Below are positions 35,484-45,236 of a stretch of 64,000 nt of DNA, in pieces. The position numbers and the translations under genes are program-made. The first letter of the stretch is position 1. The number at the start of each line of letters is the position of its first letter. The DNA is taken from IMG/VR virus record IMGVR_UViG_3300045988_174509; one strand, 5' to 3'. The DNA is from a virus. Under the pieces are notes generated by a model, which was not told the DNA's origin, made no database searches, and saw only the letters and a program-made list of their open reading frames with translations.

Positions 35484-38400
35484 ATGACACCCCTATATAT
35501 CGACGACATTCATATCTCTATTGCCGCCCCATCCGCCCCGCAGTGGCTCACTGCCATGGACGTAAACAAAAGGTTCTACCATGTCGGTCATTGCAATAAT
35601 GCCTTTAATGCGGGGCTGAAGGCTATTGCCCTTGGCTGGATGAAATTTGAGGACGCAGAAGGCTTTCCGCTCACTCCCGATTTGCGCAGATGCGGCTATA
35701 TGTGCGACGCCTATGCAATGGACAAGGGCGTGAAACTTCCCGCCCTCCTGCCTGATGCCTATATAGATAGTATTTCCAAATGGCGGGAAATCTCCCCCGA
35801 GGCGGGCATCCCCAAATCCGTGCTCCCAGCCTTCGTGCCGTCAGTCTCCTTCAATTACAAGTTCATTCGCAAATGGCAGAAGGACAACCAGGATGACCGG
35901 AAGAAGTACCTGAGCGCGAAAGCCTTGGCCGGACGCGATCCCCGGGCGTGGAGCCATACGGGCCTGTTCTGCATTGACATTGACGCCGGGCACGACGGAA
36001 ACCCTGAAGCCCCTGACGCCCTGTACGCCCAGGCCCATGCCAATGGCGCCTTCTCCCTGATGCCCGGATTCCTTTTTTCCTTTGCATCCCCGAATCAGGG
36101 AATCAAGCTGATGTTTAAAGTGGACCCGGTTCTGCTCGCGCTTCTCAATACCCCGGAAGGATGCGGAGATGCGGACCTGGAATCCCCGGAAGTATCGGGG
36201 GAAGCCCTCGCCCGGGTGCAGTCTTTGCGCGAGAAGAACCACGCCATATGCTTTTACGCTATCGCCGCGATGGTTTCCCGCCATACCGGGCTTGCCGTGG
36301 ATTTATCCTGCTCCGATCCCTGCCGCCTCCAGTTCATGTTCCGGGCCCATGCCTCCCGGTATGAGCTCAATCCCTGTCTCCTTGATTCCGAAGTCCCGGA
36401 TTCCCTGCTTCCTGGGTTCAGCATCGACGGAGCCGATGCATGGAGGGAGTATGAGGAGACAGCCGCCCGCCGCGGAGCCGGAGGCTCCGCTGTGCAACCC
36501 CGGAATTTTGAGCCCGGAAAAGACAATAAGCCCGACAGTATTTTGAGGTTTGCCGACTGGCTCAAATCCAGGGGGTGGCTGAAGGAAGCCCAGCACGTTT
36601 TGGACATGACTCCCGGACCCCGGGGCTATTATTCGTTCTGCCTCCAGTGCCGGGATGTAAGCAGTACGCCTTCCGGACCTCGTGACTTGCTCCTGTGGCT
36701 TGACAGGGATTCCCCCGGGAGGTTCGGCTTCAAGTGCCTGCATGAATCCTGCCAGAGCCGGGCCAAGGTCAAGTACCCGTTCTGGTATCTGGCAAAGCTC
36801 TACCATGAGGAGCAGGAGGCGTTGAAGATTGCCCATGAGGCATCCAATTCCTATCAGGTGCCTGAGCCCATCCGCAAGTTCATCCGCACCAGAAGCGAGC
36901 TCTCCGAGCACAAGATCATCATTGGGAACATCGGGATGGTCCAGTCCTCCTTCAAGACTCCCGATGCCCTGCCGAACCTGTTCGAGTGGGATGAGAAGAC
37001 CGGAGCCCTGCTTACTACGGCCCTGAATGTGTCGGGCTATGTGCGCCACTGCATGGGATTGTATCCCGTATATAACAAGGACCTGTGCTGTAACGAGTTC
37101 ATTTCTCCGGATACGGGCATGTGCTTCCCGTTTGACGCGGTGCGCAAGGCCGTCCTCGGCTACTTCATGACCCGGTGCAACAAGGACGTGTCCAAGCAGT
37201 TTCTTTTTACCTCCCTGCATGAGGCCCAGGGCCTTTCCTATTCGCCGCTGTTTGCGCTGGGGTACTGGGAGGAGTGGGACGGAGTTCCCCGGGTGGACCA
37301 GTATATCGACCTGCTGGAGTGGGACCCGGCCCACCAGCCGCCTAAAATCTTAAAGGAGGATGGCACGCCCATGTCGGGGCAGGAGTGGAAGCGGCATGCC
37401 CTGCGCTCCTGGCTGGTGAATTGCTGGGAGCGCACCGTCTGCTCGGTGATCGGCTCGGACAAGGTGCCGACCTTCGGTGGCCGCCCCTCGCACCTGATGC
37501 CGGAAAACAAGATGATCATCCTCTGCTCGGAGACCCAGGGGGTGGGCAAGACCCAGTGGGTGAAGGGGCTGGTGGGGAGCAAGGCCCAGGAGTCGCTGGT
37601 CATTGCCGATAAGCTGGAGCAGAGCAAGGACCATGACAAGATTTCGGCCATCAAGCCGATCTTTTTCCTTGACGAGATGGAGAAGACTACGAAGAACGAG
37701 GAGATGAACTCGCATCTCAAGATGGTGCTGACCCGGAGCCACATTGACATTCGTGATCCCTATGAGAAGGACATCATGCACAGGAAGGTGGTGACTTCCT
37801 TCATCGGGGCGACCAACGAGCCAAAGCCTTTGAGTGATGCCGATGGAAGCCGCAGGCTTGTGTTGCTTTATGTGAGGAGGCCCGCCGATAAGATGGGCAG
37901 TGTAGGCAATTGCCCCGAGCATGTGAAGGAGATGCAGTCGCTCAATGTCGCCCAGTTCTGGGCCGAGATCAAGTACCTGTCCGAAACGGCCAAGCCCGGG
38001 GAGTATGCGCTGACGCCCCAGGAGACCAATCTTGTGCATTACAACCAGACCACGGCTTTGGAGAACGGGGAGTTCAACCACCTCGTATCCTACCTCCGCT
38101 TCATTCCCTCAAACTACCCGGCGGCGGACGGGAAACAGCTCCGCAAGATGATCAACGGGGCGTACAACGATCCGGCCAATATCATCAATTCGGTCCGCAG
38201 GTATCTCGGGGAGCGGGAGATCAAGGTCTCCTGGCGCGGGAGCAAGCAGTTCCGCCAGCATCTTCTGGCCCAGGTGCCCGAGGGGTGCTCTCCCACCTAC
38301 TATACAGGCAAGCGCGGGTCTCCCCGTGTCGCCCTGTACCCGGTTATGCTTGAATCCGAGTTCGAGCTTCTGGCCTCCGATACAGCCAGGAAATCCTGGG

Positions 38401-38570
38401 CTCGGGACAACCCGGAGGAGGCGGCGAAGTATTACAAGCGGATCAAGTTCGGCCTGGGAGATGGTTCCCTGGTTGACGTGGACCCGGCGCAGGCCGAGAA
38501 GCTGGACATCTACAAGCCCTACTATGACCAGTATATGGAGGACAGTCTGGAAAATGAGGACGAGGAGTAA
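35484..38570 (+). CDS. primase-helicase (AEP-type primase/polymerase fused to D5-like SF3 helicase)
   Basis: N-terminal LFCIDIDAGHDG (AEP hhhDhD motif), Cys/His cluster CLQCRD...CLHESC, Walker A ETQGVGKT and Walker B-like VTSFIGATNE. 1,028 aa. Confidence 0.7.
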   Translation: MTPLYIDDIHISIAAPSAPQWLTAMDVNKRFYHVGHCNNAFNAGLKAIALGWMKFEDAEGFPLTPDLRRCGYMCDAYAMDKGVKLPALLPDAYIDSISKWREISPEAGIPKSVLPAFVPSVSFNYKFIRKWQKDNQDDRKKYLSAKALAGRDPRAWSHTGLFCIDIDAGHDGNPEAPDALYAQAHANGAFSLMPGFLFSFASPNQGIKLMFKVDPVLLALLNTPEGCGDADLESPEVSGEALARVQSLREKNHAICFYAIAAMVSRHTGLAVDLSCSDPCRLQFMFRAHASRYELNPCLLDSEVPDSLLPGFSIDGADAWREYEETAARRGAGGSAVQPRNFEPGKDNKPDSILRFADWLKSRGWLKEAQHVLDMTPGPRGYYSFCLQCRDVSSTPSGPRDLLLWLDRDSPGRFGFKCLHESCQSRAKVKYPFWYLAKLYHEEQEALKIAHEASNSYQVPEPIRKFIRTRSELSEHKIIIGNIGMVQSSFKTPDALPNLFEWDEKTGALLTTALNVSGYVRHCMGLYPVYNKDLCCNEFISPDTGMCFPFDAVRKAVLGYFMTRCNKDVSKQFLFTSLHEAQGLSYSPLFALGYWEEWDGVPRVDQYIDLLEWDPAHQPPKILKEDGTPMSGQEWKRHALRSWLVNCWERTVCSVIGSDKVPTFGGRPSHLMPENKMIILCSETQGVGKTQWVKGLVGSKAQESLVIADKLEQSKDHDKISAIKPIFFLDEMEKTTKNEEMNSHLKMVLTRSHIDIRDPYEKDIMHRKVVTSFIGATNEPKPLSDADGSRRLVLLYVRRPADKMGSVGNCPEHVKEMQSLNVAQFWAEIKYLSETAKPGEYALTPQETNLVHYNQTTALENGEFNHLVSYLRFIPSNYPAADGKQLRKMINGAYNDPANIINSVRRYLGEREIKVSWRGSKQFRQHLLAQVPEGCSPTYYTGKRGSPRVALYPVMLESEFELLASDTARKSWARDNPEEAAKYYKRIKFGLGDGSLVDVDPAQAEKLDIYKPYYDQYMEDSLENEDEE

Positions 38571-38578
38571 AAAATCTC

Positions 38579-38606
38579 TTGACATTTTCCCCTGATATTG
38601 TAGGAT
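38579..38606 (+). promoter_or_regulatory. sigma70-like promoter TTGACA-N16-TAGGAT
   Basis: It starts 9 nt after the primase-helicase stop. It drives a short ORF-less transcript that ends at terminator 38666-38706. Confidence 0.4.
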
Positions 38607-38611
38607 TCTCC

Positions 38612-38706
38612 TGATTTGAGGCTTTTCGGTGTCGGCTTCATGTCTTCATTCTATGTATTGGGAAAGCCCCGGAGCAGAAAGATTTGCTCCGGGGCTTTTT
38701 TTTTTT
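38612..38706 (+). ncRNA. candidate small RNA 1 (promoter 38579-38606 to terminator 38666-38706), ~95 nt
   Basis: A promoter-terminator unit with no ORF of 60 aa or more. Confidence 0.3.
38666..38706 (+). terminator. rho-independent terminator (perfect 11-bp GC stem, T11)
   Basis: gccccggagca-gaaagattt-gctccggggc followed by 11 T. Confidence 0.7.
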
Positions 38707-38707
38707 G

Positions 38708-38737
38708 TTGACAATCTCCCTCCCCTGATGCTATGTT
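38708..38737 (+). promoter_or_regulatory. sigma70-like promoter TTGACA-N15-TGcTATGTT
   Basis: It starts 2 nt after the T-run of the preceding terminator. Confidence 0.45.
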
Positions 38738-38742
38738 TCACG

Positions 38743-38889
38743 TTGTCGGGGCTCCGGGATGCAGGGAATCATGGACGATGAAAGACTCGTAGGAACTTGG
38801 ATTCCCTTTCCCACCCGCCCCCAGCCCAAATCGCTCCCATGGTAGAGAACCCGCATGGTTAAACGCGCCATGCGGGTTCTTTTTATTTT
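38743..38889 (+). ncRNA. candidate small RNA 2 (~145 nt)
   Basis: Promoter 38708-38737 to terminator 38847-38889. Only a possible 24-aa micro-ORF inside. Confidence 0.3.
38847..38889 (+). terminator. rho-independent terminator (12-bp stem, T-run)
   Basis: gaacccgcatgg-ttaaacgcg-ccatgcgggttc then ttttatttt. Confidence 0.65.
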
Positions 38890-38895
38890 CTTCTC

Positions 38896-38924
38896 TTGAC
38901 ATTCCGCCCCAAATGTGATAGATA
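38896..38924 (+). promoter_or_regulatory. sigma70-like promoter TTGACA-N14-TGaTAGATA
   Basis: It follows terminator 38847-38889. Confidence 0.4.
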
Positions 38925-38930
38925 TGGCGC

Positions 38931-39147
38931 ATGCAGTTGGGGGAAGTCCTTCCCGGGCTTCCGTCCGAGCACGCCTTCAGGTGTGCCGCCCAAAGGCTAG
39001 GAACCTGATACAGTAATGGCACTGTGGATGTTTATTCATTTCAGGTTTCGTCTCCTTTCTACTCCCGACATTTGCTGTACTGCTCAATCAGTTTTTGTTG
39101 TATTAGCATAAGAATCTCCCCTGGTTCATTCCGGGGGAGATTTTTTT
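38931..39147 (+). ncRNA. candidate small RNA 3 (~215 nt)
   Basis: Promoter 38896-38924 to terminator 39115-39147. The 73-aa track ORF that crosses the terminator is unlikely to be real. Confidence 0.25.
39115..39147 (+). terminator. rho-independent terminator (7-8 bp stem, T7)
   Basis: tctcccc-tggttcattcc-ggggaga then ttttttt. Confidence 0.55.
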
Positions 39148-39183
39148 CTTTACTTATTAGCTCCATTTGGCATATTCCAGCAC

Positions 39184-39579
39184 ATGAAGTATTTAAAAAC
39201 TGGATCTACTCGCAGGGTTTTTCTCATAGGGAGGCATGCTTTTAAGGTTCCCTTTGCATGGCCTGGAACCGGGAATGCTTTTTGTGGAATCTTCAGGCGG
39301 CTTCGTGATGGCCTCTTTGCAAATTGTTGTGAGATGGTTTACTCCGGAACTAGTTTCTCAGGAAATGGCGCAGGTTTTGTTTGCAATCCCGTTGTGTTTG
39401 CTCTCCCCTGGGGCCTTCTTGTAGTTCAGCGCAGGGCATTGCCTATTGATAATGATACCTTTGATACTCTTGAGGAAGCTTGTGCGTGGAGCCCTGTGGA
39501 GTATAAGCCGGATAGTTTTGGCTTTGTGGATGGAGAGCTTGTGGCTGTAGATTATGGGGCTGGAAGTTTTTATGATTGA
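39184..39579 (+). CDS. hypothetical protein
   Basis: 131-aa ORF with ATG start, directly after terminator 39115-39147. Confidence 0.35.
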   Translation: MKYLKTGSTRRVFLIGRHAFKVPFAWPGTGNAFCGIFRRLRDGLFANCCEMVYSGTSFSGNGAGFVCNPVVFALPWGLLVVQRRALPIDNDTFDTLEEACAWSPVEYKPDSFGFVDGELVAVDYGAGSFYD

Positions 39580-39612
39580 CATCCCGCTTCCGGATGGTAG
39601 GTTTCCTTTGCT

Positions 39613-39918
39613 ATGAAGACACGCGACATACGCTGGGAAAGGACTATGGAGCGGATTATCGCCCGATGGCTTAAAAGAGCCATGCAGTCATTAACAAGCC
39701 AGAGGGGGCAAATGTATGAAACTGTTTATATTATACATGATAAAATTCCTCTTTTCATCAATGTCAACAAGTATGATTACCAAAATTCTCTTCGGTATTT
39801 CGACTTGCTTGATTCAGCATTTTTAGTGGACGGCAAGCTTGTAGCCTGCACCCACGTATCCCAGACCATACCTCAAACCATTTACATGTCATGCACCTCG
39901 AACACGATAACTCAATAG
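39613..39918 (+). CDS. hypothetical protein
   Basis: 101-aa ORF, ATG start. Confidence 0.3.
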   Translation: MKTRDIRWERTMERIIARWLKRAMQSLTSQRGQMYETVYIIHDKIPLFINVNKYDYQNSLRYFDLLDSAFLVDGKLVACTHVSQTIPQTIYMSCTSNTITQ

Positions 39919-40484
39919 CCCGGGACCCGGAAAGAGTCCAGCAGGCCAGCCTTCTGCTGAGGGAGATTCTTAAAAGGAAGCATGTCAAGATTGAAGAAGT
40001 ACCAATTTATTACGGAGAGGAGTCAAGATTTGAAATAAGGTTCGGCTGGTTTTATTCCAGGAGAATTCTCTTGAGGATAGAGAAGCGTCGGGGAACCGAA
40101 GATGGTCCCGATCTGGATCGTATCTATGCGGGAGAACCAAATGACCTTGATGTTTTTATGTACGTTGGCTGGCGGGAGGCTTTTTATTGCCGGGTTCCTA
40201 ATTTTTTGCTCCAGCGTTTCCTGAATAGGATGGCCTATGAGGCAGATAAAGGATTGAAAAAAGAGGACGAAAAAGAGATAAAGGTCGCTAAAAGGGTTTT
40301 TGGAATTTATTCCAGGAAGCTTCGCTTGCCTGATTTGTATTTTGCAGAGAACACAGAGGCCGCATGGGATTTTATTTTTAAAAATAATTACGATACCAGC
40401 AAGCTTTCCAAATGGGATATAAAAAAGATGCACCAGGAATATCTTGAATTGAAAAAATTCAAAAAAGAACATACTAATGACTAA
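39891..40484 (+). CDS. hypothetical protein
   Basis: 197-aa ORF, ATG start. It ends 8 nt into the polymerase gene. Confidence 0.4.
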   Translation: MHLEHDNSIARDPERVQQASLLLREILKRKHVKIEEVPIYYGEESRFEIRFGWFYSRRILLRIEKRRGTEDGPDLDRIYAGEPNDLDVFMYVGWREAFYCRVPNFLLQRFLNRMAYEADKGLKKEDEKEIKVAKRVFGIYSRKLRLPDLYFAENTEAAWDFIFKNNYDTSKLSKWDIKKMHQEYLELKKFKKEHTND

Positions 40485-42339
40485 TACAAGAGAGACGATT
40501 GAGACAATTCCGGGTCTCTGCATGGAGATTGTGGAAGATTGTCACGAGATTGATGGAGACGTTATTTTCTGGGACACGGAAACTTTCTACAGCAAGGAAT
40601 ATTCCGTCGAGAATACCGATGCCCGGACTTACTGTGCGGACCCCCGCGGCTATTGCTACATTATTTCCGTGACGGATGGCAAGCGGGTCTGGTCCGGAAC
40701 TCCGAAGGATTTTGACTGGGAGATTGTCCGGGGCAAGAAGCTCTGCGCCTTCAACCAGAACTTCGACGCCGCTGTTTATTACTTCATGCTGGGAGCCCCC
40801 GGGGATTCTCCCATGAGTGGCTGGCTCTGCGCCAAGGCCGCCTGCAATTACCTGGGACTTTACGGTTCCCTGGCCGAGCTCATTGAGAAATGCTTTGGAG
40901 TTCAGGTCAGCAAGGATGTCCGTGATGCCGCCGAGGGCGTGGACTTCAGCAAGCTGGACAGCATTCCGGTTGACATGATCCGCTATGTGTGCATGGACTC
41001 CTATTATGGCTGGGCTCTGTGGGACCGTTTCGGCAAGTATTGGCCGGAGGACGAGAGGGAGCTCTGGTGGGCTACGGTAGAGATGTCCTGGAAGGGCTCT
41101 CCTACCTCCCTGGAGTTCCTGGACAAGGGGCTTGCGGTGATGGAGAAGGCGCGTGATGCCTACAAGGAATCCATCCCGCTGGAGGAGACTCTTTCCCTTC
41201 CCCAGCTTAAAGCCAAGTGCGTGGAAGCTGGAGTCCCTGCTCCTGAGTCCACGGCCAAGACCAGCAAGGTCTGGCAGGATTGGCTGGATGAATATGGAGA
41301 GCAGGTTCCCTGGGTCCGCAATATTGCCCGGTACCGGAGTGCCAACCGTCTCCTTTCCCAGTTCCATCAGATTCGCCCCCGGGTGTACATGAGCGACGAA
41401 GGGTTTGAGCGGCTTCCGGCTACACTCACCTATTGTGGGGCCACTACGGGACGTTGGACGAGCGGTGGGGATCATTTCAATGTCCAGCAGTTGAACCGCA
41501 ATGAGGTTGAAGGGTTTGACATTCGCGGCATCATCCGGGCCCCGGAAGGTTATTCCCTGGTGTTCTGTGACTGGGCCCAGATTGAGGCGCGCATCATTGC
41601 GTGGTATGTGGGCCAGGACGAGATTCTGGTCCCACTTCGTGAGGGGGCTTCCGACCTCTACGCCCTGTATGCGAAAGCCTGGAACCTTCTCCCCCAGGAG
41701 GTGGAGCACTTTGAAGAGTGGTGCAAGCTTCCCGGCAATGATCCCATGCTCCGGCAAGTGGTGAAGGCTGGTGCCCTGGCTTGCGGATTCGGCCAGCGGG
41801 CTGCGGGGCTCCATGCTAAAAATCCCCATATGACCATGGAGCAGTGTGAGTTTATTGTGGATACATACCATCAGAAGAATCCCAAGGTGCTGGCTTGGTG
41901 GGAAACCCTGAAGGAAAAAATCCGCAGGGGGGCCCTCTCTTCCAGCAAGTCCTTCTCCATTCAGCTTCCCTCGGGGCGCACCCTGTATTACCGGGGCCTG
42001 TTCAAAAAGCTCTGCCAGTCCTCCAAGGGCAAGCCCTACTGGGCCTGGGCCTACAAGCCAAACAAGTTTTCTACCCGGGTTGTCAATGTCTCCCTGCTGT
42101 CAAACAATGTCGTCCAGGGCATTGCCCGCGACCTGATGAAGAATACGGTGCTTGAAATGCGCAGGCAGGGATGCCCTGCATTCGTGATCATCCATGACGA
42201 AGGCGGCTTCCTGGTGAAGGACGAAGACCTGGATCACATGGTCCCCCTGATTAAGGGAGTCATGGAATCCGTGCCTCCGTGGGCCGAAGGTCTCCCTCTT
42301 CTGGCTGAACCTAAAGTGCTCAAAGTGTACAAGAAATGA
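40477..42339 (+). CDS. DNA polymerase, family A, with 3'-5' exonuclease domain
   Basis: Exo I FWDTET, Exo II NQNFDAAVY, Exo III YVCMDSYY. Pol motif A FCDWAQIEARIIAW, motif B RQVVKAGALACGFGQ, motif C VIIHDEGGF. Confidence 0.8.
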   Translation: MTNTRETIETIPGLCMEIVEDCHEIDGDVIFWDTETFYSKEYSVENTDARTYCADPRGYCYIISVTDGKRVWSGTPKDFDWEIVRGKKLCAFNQNFDAAVYYFMLGAPGDSPMSGWLCAKAACNYLGLYGSLAELIEKCFGVQVSKDVRDAAEGVDFSKLDSIPVDMIRYVCMDSYYGWALWDRFGKYWPEDERELWWATVEMSWKGSPTSLEFLDKGLAVMEKARDAYKESIPLEETLSLPQLKAKCVEAGVPAPESTAKTSKVWQDWLDEYGEQVPWVRNIARYRSANRLLSQFHQIRPRVYMSDEGFERLPATLTYCGATTGRWTSGGDHFNVQQLNRNEVEGFDIRGIIRAPEGYSLVFCDWAQIEARIIAWYVGQDEILVPLREGASDLYALYAKAWNLLPQEVEHFEEWCKLPGNDPMLRQVVKAGALACGFGQRAAGLHAKNPHMTMEQCEFIVDTYHQKNPKVLAWWETLKEKIRRGALSSSKSFSIQLPSGRTLYYRGLFKKLCQSSKGKPYWAWAYKPNKFSTRVVNVSLLSNNVVQGIARDLMKNTVLEMRRQGCPAFVIIHDEGGFLVKDEDLDHMVPLIKGVMESVPPWAEGLPLLAEPKVLKVYKK

Positions 42340-43682
42340 GACTGGTTCCTTTCAAATCCCAGCAGGATTGCATCTCCCGGATGGTATCCGCCATCCGGGA
42401 GAACGGGGCCGTGCTGAACAATTCGGGGACCGGAGCCGGGAAAACGCTTCAGGCGATTGAGGCGTGTCGGGAGCTTGGACTACATCCCATAGTGGTCACG
42501 ACGGCTACGACCACAGTCTCTTGGACACGCGCCATGCTTCAGCAGGAGCTGGACTGGTATGATGTTTTAAGCTGGGAAAAGATCAAGAACGGCTCTACGG
42601 AGTGGTATCAGGTCCGCAAGTCCGGCAGGTATGCCTACAGGAATTGGAAGGCACCCAAGGATGCCATTCTGATTTTTGACGAGTCCCAGAAGTGCATGAA
42701 GCTGGATACTCAGAATGCCAAGATGGTCCTCCAGGCCCTCTCTCAGAAGATTCCGCTCATGTTCCTTTCCGCCACCCCCTTCATTGACCCCCTGACGATG
42801 GGAGTCTATGCCGTGGCTTTCCGGCTTATTCCCTCCTCGCTCCAGTTTATCCGCTGGGCCAAGTCCATGGGAGCCCAGAAAAACTTCTGGGGGAGCTATG
42901 AGTACAAGGATACGCCGGAGAACATGGCCCGGATTGCGGCTTTGAACGCGGCTCTGACGGAAAAGAATCTTCTGGTCAAGGCCGACCCGGTAGAGATTGC
43001 CTCCCACTTCCCGGAGAATGCCGTGCATACCAAGCTGATTGAGGTGGACAAGAAGACAGCCGCCCAGGTCAATGCCGTGGCCGCCCTGTTCGTCAAGCAG
43101 GAGGGACTGCGCGAAGACGACATCAAGCGCGCCCAGCTGAAGAAGCGCGACATCCAGGCCATCACCGACATGCTTCGGGCCCGTCAGATGGTGGAGGCCA
43201 TGAAGATTCCCTATATTGTTGAAACTGCCAGGAATATGCTTGACAGCGGCAATAGCGTGGTGGTATTCGTTTCGTTTACTGACACGATTGATGCCATCCG
43301 GGAGCTCTTTTCCGGCACTCCTTGCTGTGAAATCAGTGGGAGAGTGACTGGGAAGAAGCGGCAGGAAGCCATTGACAGGTTCCAGAATGACGAGGCCCAT
43401 CTCTGTATTGTGCAAATTGCAAGCGGAGGAGCCGGGATTTCTCTTCACGACACCCGGGGGGTCCGCCCCCGCGTAGCCTTGCTCAATGTCACCTACAGCT
43501 TTGTAGAAATGGAGCAGGCCCTGGGCCGGATTCACCGCCTGGGAGGGAAGACGCCCGCCATCCAGTACCTGCTGGTGGCCGCCAATACGATTGAGGAAAC
43601 CGTGGCGGACCAGCTCCGCAAGAAATATAAAACAGCAACCACATTATTGAACGGTGAAGAAGATACCACAAGAATACAGTAG
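42336..43682 (+). CDS. SF2 helicase (SNF2/DEAD-like)
   Basis: Walker A SGTGAGKT, DExx box ILIFDESQKC, and a C-terminal helicase block VQIASGGAGISLHD. Confidence 0.65.
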   Translation: MRLVPFKSQQDCISRMVSAIRENGAVLNNSGTGAGKTLQAIEACRELGLHPIVVTTATTTVSWTRAMLQQELDWYDVLSWEKIKNGSTEWYQVRKSGRYAYRNWKAPKDAILIFDESQKCMKLDTQNAKMVLQALSQKIPLMFLSATPFIDPLTMGVYAVAFRLIPSSLQFIRWAKSMGAQKNFWGSYEYKDTPENMARIAALNAALTEKNLLVKADPVEIASHFPENAVHTKLIEVDKKTAAQVNAVAALFVKQEGLREDDIKRAQLKKRDIQAITDMLRARQMVEAMKIPYIVETARNMLDSGNSVVVFVSFTDTIDAIRELFSGTPCCEISGRVTGKKRQEAIDRFQNDEAHLCIVQIASGGAGISLHDTRGVRPRVALLNVTYSFVEMEQALGRIHRLGGKTPAIQYLLVAANTIEETVADQLRKKYKTATTLLNGEEDTTRIQ

Positions 43683-43947
43683 GACCGGATTTGAATATAA
43701 GCTGGTGGAACGGGATGGCGATTTTGCCATTTATTCTGTCATGAAAGACTCTTTTAAGAATTATGAGCTTGTCTTGGTCCGGAGATATAAGGAGGATAAT
43801 GATTTTGTCAAGGTGAAAGCCGGGGATGAATACCTCCCGGGGTCTTCGGAATGGGGGTCCTACGGCTGGACCCTTCCCACATTGGCCGCCTGCCATTCTA
43901 AAATTAAGACCCTTAAAGAAAAATATGAAGCCCAAAACCAAAACTGA
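43654..43947 (+). CDS. hypothetical small protein
   Basis: The track ORF starts with GTG. The first ATG at 43741 would give 68 aa. Confidence 0.25.
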   Translation: MKKIPQEYSRTGFEYKLVERDGDFAIYSVMKDSFKNYELVLVRRYKEDNDFVKVKAGDEYLPGSSEWGSYGWTLPTLAACHSKIKTLKEKYEAQNQN

Positions 43948-45157
43948 CAACAGCACGGGAACTCATTCCAAGTACAGCCCTTCGGGGCTGGCAATGTTTG
44001 CAACCTGCCCCGGCTATGTAGCCGCCCAGGATCAGCAGGATGAAGAGGAAGTGGAGGATGAGTTCTCCCCCTCGTCCATTGGCACCCGGATTCACGCCGC
44101 CCTGGAAGCGGGAGACCCCCGGTCCCTGCTCTCTGCCCACGAGCTATCTATCTACGACAGTGCCCAGAAGATGCTGGATGATGCGTGGACGGAGTTTACC
44201 ATGAAGACAGAGATAGAACGAGCGTACCAGGAGTTCCTTCCAGAACACAAGTTCCGTGGGATTGTGTTTGACCCTGCTGAAGAGGCCCAGACGGGGACTG
44301 CCGACGTGCTCATCCGGGCAAATTGCTTTTCTTTGATTGCCGACTATAAGACGGGGATCAACGCTGTGACTCATCCGAAAGACAATGCCCAGTTTATTTC
44401 CTATGGGCTTCTGGAGATGGAAGAGAATCCTGATTGTGAAGCGGTTGTTTTGGTTCTTATCCAGCCAACAGTGGCCGATGGGTTCAAGATGGCGGTGATG
44501 TATCGGAACGAAAAGGCCCCTCGTTTGGACTATGCTGAGAAAGTTGAAGGTGATTTCAAGTACAATTTGAACCGGGTAGCTTCTATCATTCTTTCCCATA
44601 AAGCCAACAGGGACAATCCGTATGCCTACCATGCAAGTCCGTTTACCTGTGCTTATTGTACCAAGTCCAATAAGTGCTCACGTATTTTTGAGCTGGCCCG
44701 GACTCTTGGAAAGCGGACATTGGATGCAGACGTGTTGACAGTCAATCCGGTGAATGAAGTGATGGATGGATTTGATTCCCCGGAGACGGTTTCCCAGGTC
44801 CTTGACTTCTGTTTCATCATGGAAAAGGTCCAGGCTCGTGTGAAGGAGATTGCCAAGACAATGTTCTCAGCCGGAGTGGAAGTTCCCGGGTACAAGTTTG
44901 CTTCCCGCGGCACTACGGTCCATGTCAATGCAAGCCAGTTCCGCGAGTATATTCTCTCCCGAATGAGCCTTGAAGAGATTGTCGGTTCCCTCACGACCTT
45001 CCCTGCTTCCAAGCTTTTGAAGTTTGTCATGGCCCGAGAGACCGAGGGGATGAGCCAAGAAGAAGAAGAAGAATTCCGTTTGGGATTTTTAGAAGACCTT
45101 GAGGATATGGGGGTTATTAAAGAGGTGAAAGCCAGAGTCGCACTTTTGAAAAAATAA
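43925..45157 (+). CDS. PD-(D/E)xK exonuclease, Cas4/RecB-like
   Basis: ADVLIRANCFSLIADYKTG carries the hallmark DYKTG motif, and a C-terminal Cys cluster CAYCTKSNKC is typical of Cas4-like nucleases. Start moved to ATG 43925. Confidence 0.55.
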   Translation: MKPKTKTDNSTGTHSKYSPSGLAMFATCPGYVAAQDQQDEEEVEDEFSPSSIGTRIHAALEAGDPRSLLSAHELSIYDSAQKMLDDAWTEFTMKTEIERAYQEFLPEHKFRGIVFDPAEEAQTGTADVLIRANCFSLIADYKTGINAVTHPKDNAQFISYGLLEMEENPDCEAVVLVLIQPTVADGFKMAVMYRNEKAPRLDYAEKVEGDFKYNLNRVASIILSHKANRDNPYAYHASPFTCAYCTKSNKCSRIFELARTLGKRTLDADVLTVNPVNEVMDGFDSPETVSQVLDFCFIMEKVQARVKEIAKTMFSAGVEVPGYKFASRGTTVHVNASQFREYILSRMSLEEIVGSLTTFPASKLLKFVMARETEGMSQEEEEEFRLGFLEDLEDMGVIKEVKARVALLKK

Positions 45158-45160
45158 TGG

Positions 45161-45188
45161 TTGACGATGGCGTCTGTTTTTCTATAGT
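45161..45188 (+). promoter_or_regulatory. sigma70-like promoter TTGACG-N16-TATAGT
   Basis: Upstream of 45237..45977. Confidence 0.4.
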
Positions 45189-45236
45189 GAGGTCCACTTC
45201 GGGGGAGTAAATCCCCTTACAAACTGAATTAAGATT

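Noticed and set aside
38738-39022. 94-aa - strand ORF and 73-aa + strand ORF (39024..39245) in the sRNA-candidate interval.
   Set aside because: The - strand ORF opposes three co-directional promoter-terminator units, and the + strand ORF reads through a strong terminator hairpin. Neither has a plausible start context.
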